The position numbers and the translations under genes were made by a program. From Alphaproteobacteria bacterium (lineage in GTDB: Bacteria > Pseudomonadota > Alphaproteobacteria > GCA-2731375), in NCBI GenBank assembly GCA_965225945.1, contig CBDDBZ010000036.1:288001-352000 (forward strand): a stretch of 64,000 bases of DNA, given 5' to 3'. The first letter of the stretch is position 1; each line of letters begins with the position of its first letter. The notes under the pieces were generated by a model. That model made no database searches and had not been told where the DNA came from. It worked only from the letters and a program-made list of their open reading frames with translations. Below are positions 41,670 through 52,571 of the stretch, piece after piece.

Positions 41670-42245
41670 CTACAGGTCAACGCTCGTGGGAGGCCCTTGG
41701 GGGCCGGAAAACGCCGGTGTCGCGAACCGCGCCTCGCCTTGGGCGAGAGCGTCGCCCGCCACCGCGTCGAGGACGACGGCACTCTCGCGCACATAGGCCG
41801 CGAAAGCATCGATGCGCCCCCCGTCGACCTCGATTCCGCGATAGATATTGCGCCCAAGCGCCGCTTCCAGCGCGCCCGCCGGCCCGTCCAAGCCCTCTTC
41901 GTAGGCCTGCACCCGGCCGTAAAAGGCGCTGATCATCTGCTTGACGCGCCGGCCGATGGAATAATCGCCGACGCCCATCTCCCTGAGCGTGCGGTCCATG
42001 TCGGCGAACATCAAGTCGAAGAGTTCCTGGGCCAAGGCGCGGGTCGTTGCCCGGTCCGCCTTCAGCCGGCGCAACAGCAGAACCATGTGCAGGGCCAAGA
42101 CGTCGAACCTGCCGTCGAGGGTGTCCGGCACGGCCAGATCGCGAAAGAATTCAGGGCTCCGCGCCTGCGCCATCGTCGCCCCGTAGAGCGCCTCGACGGC
42201 GCGCCGGCGTCGGCGCCGCCCGGCGTCGAAAATCGCCAGGGCCAT
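41670..42245 (-). CDS. Ubiquinol-cytochrome c chaperone (Cbp3) family protein
   Basis: VPDTLDGRFD, DMDRTLREMGVGD and AFYGR motifs. Confidence 0.92.
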   Translation of the reverse strand: MALAIFDAGRRRRRRAVEALYGATMAQARSPEFFRDLAVPDTLDGRFDVLALHMVLLLRRLKADRATTRALAQELFDLMFADMDRTLREMGVGDYSIGRRVKQMISAFYGRVQAYEEGLDGPAGALEAALGRNIYRGIEVDGGRIDAFAAYVRESAVVLDAVAGDALAQGEARFATPAFSGPQGPPTSVDL

Positions 42246-42355
42246 CCCTCGTCCCCCCGCGTCGGCTGGCGTTGACAGTGCCGATGTCGGCTGTCATAGC
42301 TGACGAACAGGCCTCTCAGGGCGAGATATAGGTCGGATGGGGCGTCGTCAACCTA

Positions 42356-42892
42356 GTGGAAAACGCCGCGAGATCGATGGATCGGACAAGCACCGCCATG
42401 GGGTGTCGGGGAAGCGGCGCGGGCATCCTCGGGCGCCGGGTCGGGTATCGGGCCGGCGGCTTGGCCGTGGTGACGCTGGCCTTGATGCTCGCGGCCTGCG
42501 CCCCGCGCGAGATCCAGACCGGCTTCTTGCCCGACGAGGATCGCGTAGGCGAGATCAAGACCGGCGTGCATGACCGGGACTCGATCGCGCAACTGCTGGG
42601 CTCGCCCACCAGCATCGCGACTTTCAAGGATCGGACCTGGTACTACATCTCCAGGCGCTCGGAGAAGTTGGCGTTTCTCGACGCCAAGACACTCGACCAG
42701 CAGGTCATCGCGATCCATTTTGACGATTCCGGCATCGTCAAGAACGTCACGCGCTACTCCATGGAGGACGGCCGCGTGATCGACCCGGTGAGCCGCACGA
42801 CCCGAACCCGGGGCCGCGAATTGGGTTTCCTCGAGCAGGTCTTCGGCAATCTCGGCCGCTTCAACACGGACCAATCGGCGCTCGGCTTCTAG
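42356..42892 (+). CDS. bamE: Outer membrane assembly lipoprotein (true start probably further downstream)
   Basis: Lipobox LAAC; LGSPT, WYYIS and C-terminal GRELGFLEQVFGNLGRF motifs. Confidence 0.9.
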   Translation: MENAARSMDRTSTAMGCRGSGAGILGRRVGYRAGGLAVVTLALMLAACAPREIQTGFLPDEDRVGEIKTGVHDRDSIAQLLGSPTSIATFKDRTWYYISRRSEKLAFLDAKTLDQQVIAIHFDDSGIVKNVTRYSMEDGRVIDPVSRTTRTRGRELGFLEQVFGNLGRFNTDQSALGF

Positions 42893-42939
42893 AGCATGAT
42901 CGGATCATGCTCTGGCCGGCGGCGCGCGTATTTCCCGCG

Positions 42940-45612
42940 TCAGATCGTCAGGCTGAACGAGCTGGTGTTGTTCGTGTTCAACGCGATGAGTCGCAGCAGC
43001 GCCGTCCGCATGGCGTCTATCCGGGCCTGCTCGGCGGGTGGGATGGCGAGCGCCGCGAGTGCCGCCAGAGGATCGCTCTCCGCCACGCCGGTCAGCCGGT
43101 CGTGGATCTCGCGAATTTGTCGCATCGCGTCCTTGATCACGAGACCGGCCTCCTGTGACGCTCGCGTGCCGTCGAGGCTCATGCCCTCGAAAAGTCCGAG
43201 GGCGAAGACGCGATGCTCGACCTCGTCCTCCGCCGTCTCGCCGACGGCGGCCTCGCCATTGAAAATGGTCACCGGCGCGAGGCCGAGCGCGGCCAGGGCG
43301 TCGCGCCCCTCCGGGCCGGCGCGGAGCTCGATGCGGCTACCCGCGCCGGCCTCGATCCGAAGCCGCATGCTGCCGATGTTGCTCTCGTAGCGGGCGGTGC
43401 CGGACTGCCCGAGGATCAACTTGATCTTGAAGGCGAGGTAGGTGAAGGAATCGCCGTCCTCGATGGTCACGCGCCGGAAGGCCCCGCCGTCGAACGAGAT
43501 CTCGAAACTCTGCCCGGCTCGGGCGTTGGTGAGGTTGATCACCTCGCCGGGCGCCGCGATCGGCAGCGGCGTGGTCGGCAAGCCCAGTTGCGTGATCACC
43601 GAGGTCGCGGTCGCGTCGTAGGTGATGGCGCGGGCCGAATGGGCAAAGGCGCTGCCGAACTGATGGGCCCATAGCGTGGTGCCCGTGGCGTCGAGCTTGG
43701 CGGCGAAGCCGTCCACCGCGCCGACCAGGCCACCGGCGGCGAGCGCGCTGGTGGTGCTACCGGAGAGATAGATTTCATCTCCCGTCGCGTCCGCCTTCAC
43801 GGTAAGTCCGAGGGCCCGATCCTCGCCGCTGCCGCCGAGGTAGCTCACCCAGTCGATGGCGGCGCTGGCACCGGAATCGATCAGGCGGGTGACGAAGCCG
43901 TCGATCCCACCCGCGTGCGCCTGCGCCACCGTGCCGGTGAGTGCCGTGTTGTCGGTATGGCCGGACAGATAGACCGCGCCGCCGTCGCCGAGGGCGAGGC
44001 CGGTGACGCCGCCAGCGCCCAAGGCTCCCAGATCGACCTCGTAGGTCGGCGTCTGGCTCGCGGCTTCGTCCGCGTATTTACGCAGCACGGCTTGGCCGCC
44101 GACCTCGGCCGCCACCAGAATGTCGCCGGCGGCGTCGATCTGGATCGCGGTGACGCGATCCTCTCCCGCCCCGCCGAACTGCTTGACGTAAAGCCGGTTG
44201 CCGTCCGCGTCGAGCTTGCTCACGTAGGCGTCGGCACCACCGCCGTGAGTGACGCTGGAATCCAGCGCCGCGCGCGTTTGGCCAGCGACGAAGATCTCGC
44301 CGGCGGCATTGACCGCGAGCGCGAGGGCTGAATCGTCGGCGATCGGAGCGGCCTGTTGGGTCCACAGTTCGCGGCCGTTGGCATCGTACTTGGTGACGAA
44401 GGAATCAGCTCCGCCGCCGTGGGCCGTGTCCGTCAACAGGCCCCGGACCTGGCCCGCGACGATCACGTTGTCGTTGCCGTCGACGACGACCGCGGTGCCC
44501 GCCGCCGTCTCCGTCGCGCCCAGCAGCCGCGACCAGAGGAGGTTTCCCGCGGCATCGAATTTTCTGAGATAGGCATCGGGCGTCGAGTGATTGGCCAGGC
44601 CGTCGAGGTCGCCCGCCGTGGTGCCGACCACGTAGACGTTGCCGAAGCTGTCGACGGCGACCCCCTGGGCGTTGTCCGTCTGGTCGGTCGCGATCTCCGA
44701 GCGAAAACCCTCGACCGGCGCGGCGGCGCCCAGATTGTCGAGTTTCTGGACGAAGCCCGTGCCCGCCTCACCCCCGCCCGCGGCGCCGGCGAGGAAGAGG
44801 GCCGGTGACTCGGACCCCGCATCGGCGAGGAAGGTGACCGTCTCGGCGCTGCTCATCTGCAAGCGGAAGCCGTAGGCGGACTCGTGGAAGCGCTCGACCA
44901 TGAGCCGCGTCAGCGCGCCGGTGGTCTCCAGCTCGGAGTTGATGTAGGCGGAAACATTGTCGACGTTGAGAGTGCCCACGACGTTGGCCAGATCGATCGC
45001 CACGTTCGTGGTTCCCGTCGAGGTCACGAGCTCGATGGTGAAGGTCTCCGTTCCGGCGAGGCCGGGAATGGCGTCCCCGCGCGCGCTCGTCAGGACCGCG
45101 CCGATATGTTCCGGCAGGGTCTTCTCGATCGGCTTGGGGATCGGCGTCGTGGTCTCGATGCTTTTCCGCTCCACGCCCGCCAGCACGGTGATGTCGCGGA
45201 GCTGCAGCGCGCCGGCGAATTTGCGCACCTCGTCGAGGTAGCTTCGGAAACGGTGGTCGAGCAGGCTCCGGAGCGAATCCGCGCGCGCGCCGCTCTCGGC
45301 GTATTGCGCCAGCTCTTGCAGTCGCGAGAGGCCGCGCCAGAGCGCGAAGAGCTCGCCCAAGCCTTCGTCGCCGCCGCCGGCGAGCGCGGCATCCGTTGCC
45401 AGCTTCGGCGCGGCGGAGAAGAGCCGTTCCAGCAGCCGATCCTCCGGCACCTGGTCCGGCACCTGCCAGGGCGGGATGACGGCGGGGTCGTCGCGGAGCG
45501 CCCGCTCGATCCCCTCGGCCCGAAGCGCACCGACCAGAATGCTCCGCTGCAGCGACAAGCCGCTCGCGTAGTAGCTCGACAGCGTCGAGAGATCGAGGCT
45601 GATCACTAGCAT
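42940..45612 (-). CDS. Large SBBP/beta-propeller repeat protein, resembling Caulobacter FlaEY (start uncertain)
   Basis: Repeated D.A..VAVD..GNVYV.G.T.G.L...GG.DA(F/Y)V.K.DA.G..LW units; N-terminal LFALWRGL..L..LA. Confidence 0.7.
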   Translation of the reverse strand: MLVISLDLSTLSSYYASGLSLQRSILVGALRAEGIERALRDDPAVIPPWQVPDQVPEDRLLERLFSAAPKLATDAALAGGGDEGLGELFALWRGLSRLQELAQYAESGARADSLRSLLDHRFRSYLDEVRKFAGALQLRDITVLAGVERKSIETTTPIPKPIEKTLPEHIGAVLTSARGDAIPGLAGTETFTIELVTSTGTTNVAIDLANVVGTLNVDNVSAYINSELETTGALTRLMVERFHESAYGFRLQMSSAETVTFLADAGSESPALFLAGAAGGGEAGTGFVQKLDNLGAAAPVEGFRSEIATDQTDNAQGVAVDSFGNVYVVGTTAGDLDGLANHSTPDAYLRKFDAAGNLLWSRLLGATETAAGTAVVVDGNDNVIVAGQVRGLLTDTAHGGGADSFVTKYDANGRELWTQQAAPIADDSALALAVNAAGEIFVAGQTRAALDSSVTHGGGADAYVSKLDADGNRLYVKQFGGAGEDRVTAIQIDAAGDILVAAEVGGQAVLRKYADEAASQTPTYEVDLGALGAGGVTGLALGDGGAVYLSGHTDNTALTGTVAQAHAGGIDGFVTRLIDSGASAAIDWVSYLGGSGEDRALGLTVKADATGDEIYLSGSTTSALAAGGLVGAVDGFAAKLDATGTTLWAHQFGSAFAHSARAITYDATATSVITQLGLPTTPLPIAAPGEVINLTNARAGQSFEISFDGGAFRRVTIEDGDSFTYLAFKIKLILGQSGTARYESNIGSMRLRIEAGAGSRIELRAGPEGRDALAALGLAPVTIFNGEAAVGETAEDEVEHRVFALGLFEGMSLDGTRASQEAGLVIKDAMRQIREIHDRLTGVAESDPLAALAALAIPPAEQARIDAMRTALLRLIALNTNNTSSFSLTI

Positions 45613-45828
45613 GCCGCCTTGGAGGATCATGGCCCGGTTCCGCTCGCCGCCGATCATGGCGGCCCACAGGATTCTGGCGCGAACAGGTTAACGTGACGTG
45701 TACTAAATAACGGGCGCGGGGACGGCGGATCATGCGCCGAGTGCCTTGTTTTACCGAATGTTAACGCCGACTTCGCCACAGTGGCCGCGCGTTCCGAAGC
45801 GGAACGATCATGAGGCGGCGTGGTGGCG

Positions 45829-47403
45829 ATGGCTTGGTCGGAAAACGACGCGGCGCGGGGCGATGCGCGTGGGCCCCGGGCGCGGGACAAGATCGCCTCC
45901 GTCGACGAAATCGCCCAAGTCTCCGAGAGCTGGCGGGCGGGCGGCCAACGGGTGGTCCTGGCGCACGGCGTCTTCGACCTGCTGCACATGGGCCATGTTC
46001 GCCACCTCGAGGCGGCCAAGGCCGAGGGCGATCTTCTGGTCGTGACGCTGACCGCCGACCGTCACGTCGATAAAGGGCCGGGGCGCCCGGTCTTTCCGGA
46101 ACTGCTCAGGGCGGAAATGGTGGCGGCGCTCGAATGCGTCGACTACGTCGCGATCTCCAACTGGCGGAGCGCGGAAGGCGTGCTGCGGCTGATCCGCCCG
46201 TCGATCTACGTCAAGGGTCAGGATTACGCCCGCGAAGCCGAGGACGTCACCGGCAAAATTCGCGTCGAGCGCGAGCTGGTCGAGAGCCTGGGCGGCCGAC
46301 TAGCCATCACCGACGACATCACCTTCTCCTCGTCCTCGCTGATCAACCGGCACCTCGACGTCCACGGCTCCGAACTCGCCGGCTACCTCTCGCGGCTTCG
46401 CGACCGCGACCTGCTGGGCGAGATCATGGGCGCCATCGAGTCGATCCAGGACAAGCGCCTGCTGTTCGTCGGCGAGGCGATCATCGACGAATACCTATTC
46501 GCGGTGCCGATGGGGAAGTCGGCCAAGGAAAACATCATCGCCACCCGCTACGAGGGCCGCGAGGCCTTCGCCGGCGGCGTCATCGCGGCGGCCAACCACG
46601 TCGCCGACTTCGTCGCCGAGGTCGAGATCATCACCATCATCGGCGAGGATGATCCCTACGACGATCTGATCTTGGAGACCGTCAGGCCGAACGTGAAGGT
46701 GCACTTCATCCGCCGGCCCCGGATGCCGACCACGCGCAAGTGCCGCTACGTCGATCCGGGCCACACCCGCAAACTGTTCGAGGTCTATCACTTCGACGAG
46801 ACGCCGCTCGCCGTGGTGGAGGAGGACCAGCTCTGCCGACTGATCGCCGGGCGTTCGGACTGGGCCGACATCGTGGTGGTCAACGACTTCGGCCACGGCA
46901 TGATGACGCCTCGGGCGATCCAGGCGGTCGAGACCTCCGCGCCTTTCTTGGCCGTCAACGCGCAGACCAATTCGGCCAATCACGGTTACAACCCGGTCAC
47001 CCGTTATAGTCGCGCCGACTACATCTGCATCGACGCGCCCGAGGCGCGCCTCGCGCTCCGCGATCGCTTCCGCGATCTGGGCGAGCTGATGCAGGGACCG
47101 CTTCGCGAACAGGTAGCCTGCGACCACATCGTGGTGACGCACGGCCAAAACGGCTGCCATACCTTTTCGATGACGGCGGGGCTGGGCCGGGTGCCGGTCT
47201 TCACCCGCAAGGTCGTGGATACCGTCGGCGCGGGCGACGCCTTTCTGAGCGTGACCGCGCCGCTGGTGGCGGCCGGTCTCGACATGGAACTCGTCGGCAT
47301 CGTCGGCAACGCGGTCGGCGCGATGAAGGTCGGCATCGTCGGCCACCGCGAAAGCGTGGAGCGGGTGCCGTTGCTGAAATTCTTGACGGCGCTCCTCAAG
47401 TGA
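45829..47403 (+). CDS. Bifunctional cytidylyltransferase-like and PfkB kinase protein (RfaE/HldE-like, reversed domain order)
   Basis: N-terminal GVFDLLHMGH, KGPGRP and KGQDY; C-terminal DTVGAGDAF. Confidence 0.9.
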   Translation: MAWSENDAARGDARGPRARDKIASVDEIAQVSESWRAGGQRVVLAHGVFDLLHMGHVRHLEAAKAEGDLLVVTLTADRHVDKGPGRPVFPELLRAEMVAALECVDYVAISNWRSAEGVLRLIRPSIYVKGQDYAREAEDVTGKIRVERELVESLGGRLAITDDITFSSSSLINRHLDVHGSELAGYLSRLRDRDLLGEIMGAIESIQDKRLLFVGEAIIDEYLFAVPMGKSAKENIIATRYEGREAFAGGVIAAANHVADFVAEVEIITIIGEDDPYDDLILETVRPNVKVHFIRRPRMPTTRKCRYVDPGHTRKLFEVYHFDETPLAVVEEDQLCRLIAGRSDWADIVVVNDFGHGMMTPRAIQAVETSAPFLAVNAQTNSANHGYNPVTRYSRADYICIDAPEARLALRDRFRDLGELMQGPLREQVACDHIVVTHGQNGCHTFSMTAGLGRVPVFTRKVVDTVGAGDAFLSVTAPLVAAGLDMELVGIVGNAVGAMKVGIVGHRESVERVPLLKFLTALLK

Positions 47404-48431
47404 CGGGCGCGAGGAGCGGGGCCGTGAGCGCGAACCAAGGCTTCGGCCGGGTGATGGTGACCGGCGGGGCCGGCTATGTCGGCAGCCGGCTGGTGTCGAA
47501 GCTGTTGGGGGCCGGGTACGAGGTGACGGTGCTCGACCTTTTCATCTATGGCGACGAGGTCCTGGCCGAGGTGGCGGGCCATCCGGGCCTGCGGCTCCAC
47601 CGTGGCGATATCCGTGATGGCGAAGCGGTGGCCCGCGCTCTCGGCGGCGCCGAGGCGGTGATCCACCTGGCCTGCATCTCCAACGATCCGAGCTTCGAGC
47701 TCGATCCCGATCTCGGCCGTTCGATCAATTACGACGCCTTTCGGCCCCTCGTGCGCGCCGCCAAGGATGCCGGCGTCCGCCGCTTCATCTACGCCTCCTC
47801 CTCCAGCGTCTACGGGATCAAGGACGAGGCGGAGGTGACGGAGGAGCTCGCGCTGGAGCCGCTGACCGATTATTCCAAATACAAGGCGATGTGCGAGGAG
47901 GTGCTCGAGGCCGAACGCGAGCCGGGCTTCGTCACGCTCACCTTGCGGCCGGCGACGGTCTGTGGCTACGCGCCGCGCCTAAGATTGGACCTGACCGTCA
48001 ACATCCTGACCAACCACGCGATCAACAACGGCCGCATCACCGTCTTTGGTGGCGCTCAGAAGCGCCCCAACATCAATATCGAGGACATGACGGAGCTCTA
48101 TTTGAAGTGTCTCGGCTATCCCGACGAGCTGATCGACGGCCGGATCTTCAACGCCGGCTACGAAAACCACCCGGTCCGCCAGCTCGCCGAGATCGTTCGC
48201 AATAGCGTTGGCCGCCCGGTCGAGATCGCCACCTTGCCGAGCGACGATCAGCGCTCCTACCACGTCTCCTCGGAACGGATCGGCCGCGAGTTGGGCTTCG
48301 TGCCGCGCCACACCATCGAGGACGCGGTGGTCGGCCTCGGCGCGGCCTTCGCCGCCGGCCGCGTGGCCGGCGCGATGACCGACGACCGCTACTACAACGT
48401 CAAGCGGATGCAATCGCTCGGTCTCGGCTGA
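47400..48431 (+). CDS. NAD-dependent nucleotide-sugar epimerase/dehydratase
   Basis: TGGAGYVG, ASSSSVYG and YSKYK motifs. Confidence 0.93.
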   Translation: MTGARSGAVSANQGFGRVMVTGGAGYVGSRLVSKLLGAGYEVTVLDLFIYGDEVLAEVAGHPGLRLHRGDIRDGEAVARALGGAEAVIHLACISNDPSFELDPDLGRSINYDAFRPLVRAAKDAGVRRFIYASSSSVYGIKDEAEVTEELALEPLTDYSKYKAMCEEVLEAEREPGFVTLTLRPATVCGYAPRLRLDLTVNILTNHAINNGRITVFGGAQKRPNINIEDMTELYLKCLGYPDELIDGRIFNAGYENHPVRQLAEIVRNSVGRPVEIATLPSDDQRSYHVSSERIGRELGFVPRHTIEDAVVGLGAAFAAGRVAGAMTDDRYYNVKRMQSLGLG

Positions 48432-48731
48432 CGCCGCGCCTCGACGCGGGGCGGCGTCGAGGCCGGTCATCTCGGTAGGCCTCCCCCGGCGCGCGCCATG
48501 CCCTGTAGGTGACGCGCCATGCCCTCGCCATGACGCTCGAATTCGACTATCCTGCGACCAGCGCATCGCTGATTTTCGCACCACCGGTCATGTGCTCCGA
48601 TTGGCTGGGTGCGGACTCCGATTCTGGCGTTGATCCGGATTCCGAGTCGATTGGCACCCATCGCATCGGCGACGGCAGCGCCGTTCGACGGACGAGATGT
48701 TCGACGGACCAGAAAAGGGAGGGAGAGCGAG

Positions 48732-49595
48732 GTGATCCCCGCGACTTTCGAATACCATCGCCCCGCGTCGGTGGAACAGGCCGTGGCGCTACTCGGCCTC
48801 CATGGCGACGAAGCCCGTCTGCTGGCCGGCGGGCACAGCCTGATACCTATGATGAAGCTGCGCCTGGCGCAGCCCGGCCATATCGTCGATCTGCGCGACA
48901 TCGCCGCCTTGCGGGGGATCACGCGCGAAGACGAGACATTGGTGATCGGCGCGCTGGCGACGCAGAAGGAGGTGATCGATTCCGACCTCCTGGGCGCGGC
49001 CTGTCCGATCCTGCGCGAGGCGGCCCTGATGATCGCCGATCCCCAGGTCCGTTACTGCGGCACCATCGGGGGCAACGTCGCCAACGGCGATCCGGGCAAC
49101 GACATGCCGGCCGTCATGCAGGCGCTGGATGCCAGCTACCGCGCCGAGGGGCCGGGGGGCACGCGGGATATCGCCGCCCGGGCATTCTACGAGGCCGCCT
49201 TCTTCACCGCGCTTCGAGAGGACGAGGTCCTGACCCAGGTCCGCATTCCCGTGCCGGGGGCCGGTCACGGCGCGGCTTATGTGAAGCAGAAGCGCAAGGT
49301 CGGTGATTACGCGACCGCGGCCGCGGCCGTGATTCTGACGCTCAGCAGCGGCACCTGTAGCGCCGCCGCGATCGCCCTCACCAACGTCGGTGACACGCCC
49401 TTGCATGCAGGTGCCGCCGGCGACGCCCTCGTCGGCACCGCGCTCGACGAGGGGGCGATCGCCGAGGCCGCGCGCCGCGCCGAGGCGATCACCAATCCGG
49501 CGAGCGACGGGCGCGGGCCGGCGGCGTTCCGCACCAAGGTCGCCGGCATCGCGGTTCGCCGCGCCATCGCCGCCGCCATGGCGCGCGCGTCTTGA
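48732..49595 (+). CDS. coxM: Aerobic CO dehydrogenase medium (FAD) subunit
   Basis: [14 protein letters not shown] and [14 protein letters not shown] motifs; GTG start with RBS. Confidence 0.95.
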   Translation: MIPATFEYHRPASVEQAVALLGLHGDEARLLAGGHSLIPMMKLRLAQPGHIVDLRDIAALRGITREDETLVIGALATQKEVIDSDLLGAACPILREAALMIADPQVRYCGTIGGNVANGDPGNDMPAVMQALDASYRAEGPGGTRDIAARAFYEAAFFTALREDEVLTQVRIPVPGAGHGAAYVKQKRKVGDYATAAAAVILTLSSGTCSAAAIALTNVGDTPLHAGAAGDALVGTALDEGAIAEAARRAEAITNPASDGRGPAAFRTKVAGIAVRRAIAAAMARAS

Positions 49596-49615
49596 AGCCG
49601 GGGGAGACTCACAAC

Positions 49616-50110
49616 ATGGCAAAGATGAACATCACCATGACGGTGAACGGCGCCGAGGTCGCGGCCGAGGCCGAGCCCCGGATGCTGCTGATCCACTTCC
49701 TCCGCGAGCAACTCGACCTGACCGGCCCGCACATCGGCTGCGACACCAGCCACTGCGGCGCCTGCACCGTGGACATGGACGACAAATCGGTGAAGGCCTG
49801 CACGGTCTTCGTGGCCCAGGCGAACGGCGCCCGGGTCATCACGATCGAGGGCATCGCCGAGCCCGACGGCACCCTGCACGCGCTGCAGGAGAGCTTTCGC
49901 GAACACCATGGCCTGCAATGCGGCTTCTGCACGCCGGGAATGATCATCCGGGCCTATCGGCTGCTGCGGGAGACTCCGGACCCCAACGAGGAGGAGATTC
50001 GCCACGGCATCTCCGGCAACCTCTGTCGTTGCACCGGCTATCAGAACATCGTCAAGGCGATCCGCGTCGCCGCCAGTCAACTCAATGCGCCGAAGGAGGC
50101 CGCGGAATGA
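49616..50110 (+). CDS. coxS: Aerobic CO dehydrogenase small (2Fe-2S) subunit
   Basis: [18 protein letters not shown] and GNLCRCTGY motifs. Confidence 0.96.
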   Translation: MAKMNITMTVNGAEVAAEAEPRMLLIHFLREQLDLTGPHIGCDTSHCGACTVDMDDKSVKACTVFVAQANGARVITIEGIAEPDGTLHALQESFREHHGLQCGFCTPGMIIRAYRLLRETPDPNEEEIRHGISGNLCRCTGYQNIVKAIRVAASQLNAPKEAAE

Positions 50111-52527
50111 ACGATAAAATCGAAAGCGCCGAAGTACGCGCGGAAAAACTCCAGGGCCTGGGCAGTGCCCGCAAGCGGGTCGAGGACGTCCGCTTCACGC
50201 AAGGCAAGGGCAACTATATCGACGATTTGAAACTGCCGGGCATGTTGTTCGGCAAGTTCGTCCGCTCGCCCTATGCCCATGCGCGAATCACCTCGATCGA
50301 TTCCCAGGCCGCGCTGGCCGTGCCCGGGGTCAAGGCGGTGCTGACCGCCGAGGAATTGAAACCGGTCAACCTCGCCTGGATGCCGACGCTCGCGGGCGAC
50401 GTGCAGATGGTGCTGGCCGACGGCAAGGTGCTCTATCAGGGCCAGGAAGTCGCCTTCGTCGTCGCCGAGGACCGCTACGCGGCCGCCGACGCGGTCGAAC
50501 TGGTCGAGGTCGAGTACGAGTCCCTGCCGGTTTTGGTGGATCCCTTCAAGGCCATGGACGCCGACGCGCCGGTGCTGCGCGAGGACCTCGAGGGCAAGAA
50601 CGAGGGCGCGCACGGCGCCCGCAAACATCACAACCACATCTTCACCTGGGAGGCCGGCGACGCGGAGGCCACGAGCCGAGCGCTCGACGGCGCCGAGGTG
50701 GTGGTCGAGGAGTTGATCAGCTACCAGCGGGTCCATCCCTGTCCGCTGGAGACCGCCGGCTGTGTCGCCTCGATGGACAAGATCAACGGTCACCTGACCG
50801 TCTGGGGCACCTTCCAGGCGCCGCACGCGGTGCGCACGGTGGCCTCGCTCATCTCGACCATACCGGAACACAAGATCCGCATCGTCTCGCCCGATATCGG
50901 CGGTGGCTTCGGCGGCAAGGTCGGCGTCTATCCGGGCTATATCTGCGCCATCGTGGCCTCGATCGTGCTGGGCGTGCCGATAAAATGGGTCGAGGAGCGG
51001 ATCGAGAACCTGCTAGCCACGACCTTCGCCCGCGACTATCACATGAGGGGCGAGATCGCCGCGACCCGGGACGGCAGGATCACCGGCCTCCGGGCACAGG
51101 TGCTGGCCGACCACGGCGCCTTCGATGCCTGCGCCGATCCGACCAAGTTTCCCGCCGGCTTCTTCAACATCTGCACCGGCTCCTACGACATCCCCGCCGC
51201 GCACATCTGCGTCGACGGCGTCTACACCAACAAGGTGCCGGGCGGGGTCGCCTATCGCTGCTCCTTCCGGGTGACCGAGGCCTCCTACTTCATCGAGCGG
51301 ATGATCGACATCCTGGCCCGCAAGCTGGAGATGGACCCGGCCGAGATCCGGCGGAAGAACCTTATTCGTAAGGACCAGTTCCCCTATACCTCGGCGCTCG
51401 GCTGGGAATACGACAGCGGCGACTATCAAACCGCCCTCGAGAAGGCGCTGGAGACGGTCGACTACACCGCGCTCAGGGCCGAACAGACCGCCAACCGCGA
51501 AGCCTTCCAGCGCGGCGAGACGCGCCGGCTGATGGGCATTGGGCTTTCCTTCTTCACCGAGATCGTCGGCGCCGGTCCGATCAAGAACTGCGACATCCTC
51601 GGCCTCGGCATGTTCGACAGTTGCGAGATCCGGATCCATCCGACGGGAAGTGCTACCGCGCGGCTCGGCACCATCAGCCAGGGCCAGGGTCATGCCACCA
51701 CCTTTGCCCAGATCCTGGCCACGGAAATCGGCATCCCGGCGGATAGCATCACCGTCGAGGAGGGCGATACCGATACCGCGCCCTATGGGCTGGGCACCTA
51801 CGGCTCGCGCTCGACGCCGGTGGCCGGCGCGGCGACGGCGATGGCCGGGCGCAAGATCCGCGCCAAGGCGCAGATGATCGCGGCGCACTTGCTGGAGGTG
51901 CATGACGACGATGTCGAATTCGACGTCGACCGCTTCGTCGTCAAGGGCGCGCCCGAGCGGGCCAAGACCATGGCCGAGATCGCCTTCGCCGCCTACAACA
52001 ACGTGCCGCCGGGCATGGAACCGGGCCTGGAGGCGGTCAGCTATTACGATCCGCCGAACATGACCTATCCCTTCGGCGCCTATGTCTGCGTCCTCGACAT
52101 CGACGTCGACACCGGGGAGAGCGAGATCCGCCGCTTTTATGCGCTGGACGATTGCGGCACGCGGATCAACCCGATGATCATCGAGGGCCAGGTGCACGGT
52201 GGTCTGACCGAGGCGTTCGGTATCGCCTTCGGCCAGGAACTGACCTATGACGAGATGGGCAACGCCAGCGGCGTCACCTTCCTGGATTATTTCATGCCGA
52301 CGGCGGTCGAGACGCCCGAGTGGGAGACCGATTTCACCGTCACGCCCTCGCCGCATCACCCGATCGGCGCCAAGGGGGTGGGCGAATCGCCGAACGTCGG
52401 CGGCGTCTCGGCCTTCTCCAACGCGGTCCACGACGCCTTTGCCCACCTCGGCCTGACCCATACGCAAATGCCGCACGACCATTGGCGTATCTGGCGGACG
52501 GCTAAGTCCCTCGGCCTCACCGATTAG
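50107..52527 (+). CDS. coxL: Aerobic CO dehydrogenase large (Mo-Cu) subunit, form I
   Basis: Active-site AYRCSFR motif; coxMSL gene order. Confidence 0.97.
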   Translation: MNDKIESAEVRAEKLQGLGSARKRVEDVRFTQGKGNYIDDLKLPGMLFGKFVRSPYAHARITSIDSQAALAVPGVKAVLTAEELKPVNLAWMPTLAGDVQMVLADGKVLYQGQEVAFVVAEDRYAAADAVELVEVEYESLPVLVDPFKAMDADAPVLREDLEGKNEGAHGARKHHNHIFTWEAGDAEATSRALDGAEVVVEELISYQRVHPCPLETAGCVASMDKINGHLTVWGTFQAPHAVRTVASLISTIPEHKIRIVSPDIGGGFGGKVGVYPGYICAIVASIVLGVPIKWVEERIENLLATTFARDYHMRGEIAATRDGRITGLRAQVLADHGAFDACADPTKFPAGFFNICTGSYDIPAAHICVDGVYTNKVPGGVAYRCSFRVTEASYFIERMIDILARKLEMDPAEIRRKNLIRKDQFPYTSALGWEYDSGDYQTALEKALETVDYTALRAEQTANREAFQRGETRRLMGIGLSFFTEIVGAGPIKNCDILGLGMFDSCEIRIHPTGSATARLGTISQGQGHATTFAQILATEIGIPADSITVEEGDTDTAPYGLGTYGSRSTPVAGAATAMAGRKIRAKAQMIAAHLLEVHDDDVEFDVDRFVVKGAPERAKTMAEIAFAAYNNVPPGMEPGLEAVSYYDPPNMTYPFGAYVCVLDIDVDTGESEIRRFYALDDCGTRINPMIIEGQVHGGLTEAFGIAFGQELTYDEMGNASGVTFLDYFMPTAVETPEWETDFTVTPSPHHPIGAKGVGESPNVGGVSAFSNAVHDAFAHLGLTHTQMPHDHWRIWRTAKSLGLTD

Positions 52528-52571
52528 GCGGTCCCGGGGGCCGGCGCGGGCCCCCGGAATCGGATGCGACG

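Noticed and set aside
48683-48709. Regulator site from the GTTCGACGGAC direct repeat upstream of coxM
   Set aside because: The 16-bp periodicity does not match the ~21-bp spacing of LytTR/RcoM sites, and no regulator gene is adjacent
49390-50106. N-terminal extension making CoxL 1045 aa
   Set aside because: It overlaps coxM and coxS; the real start is the ATG at 50107, which has an RBS
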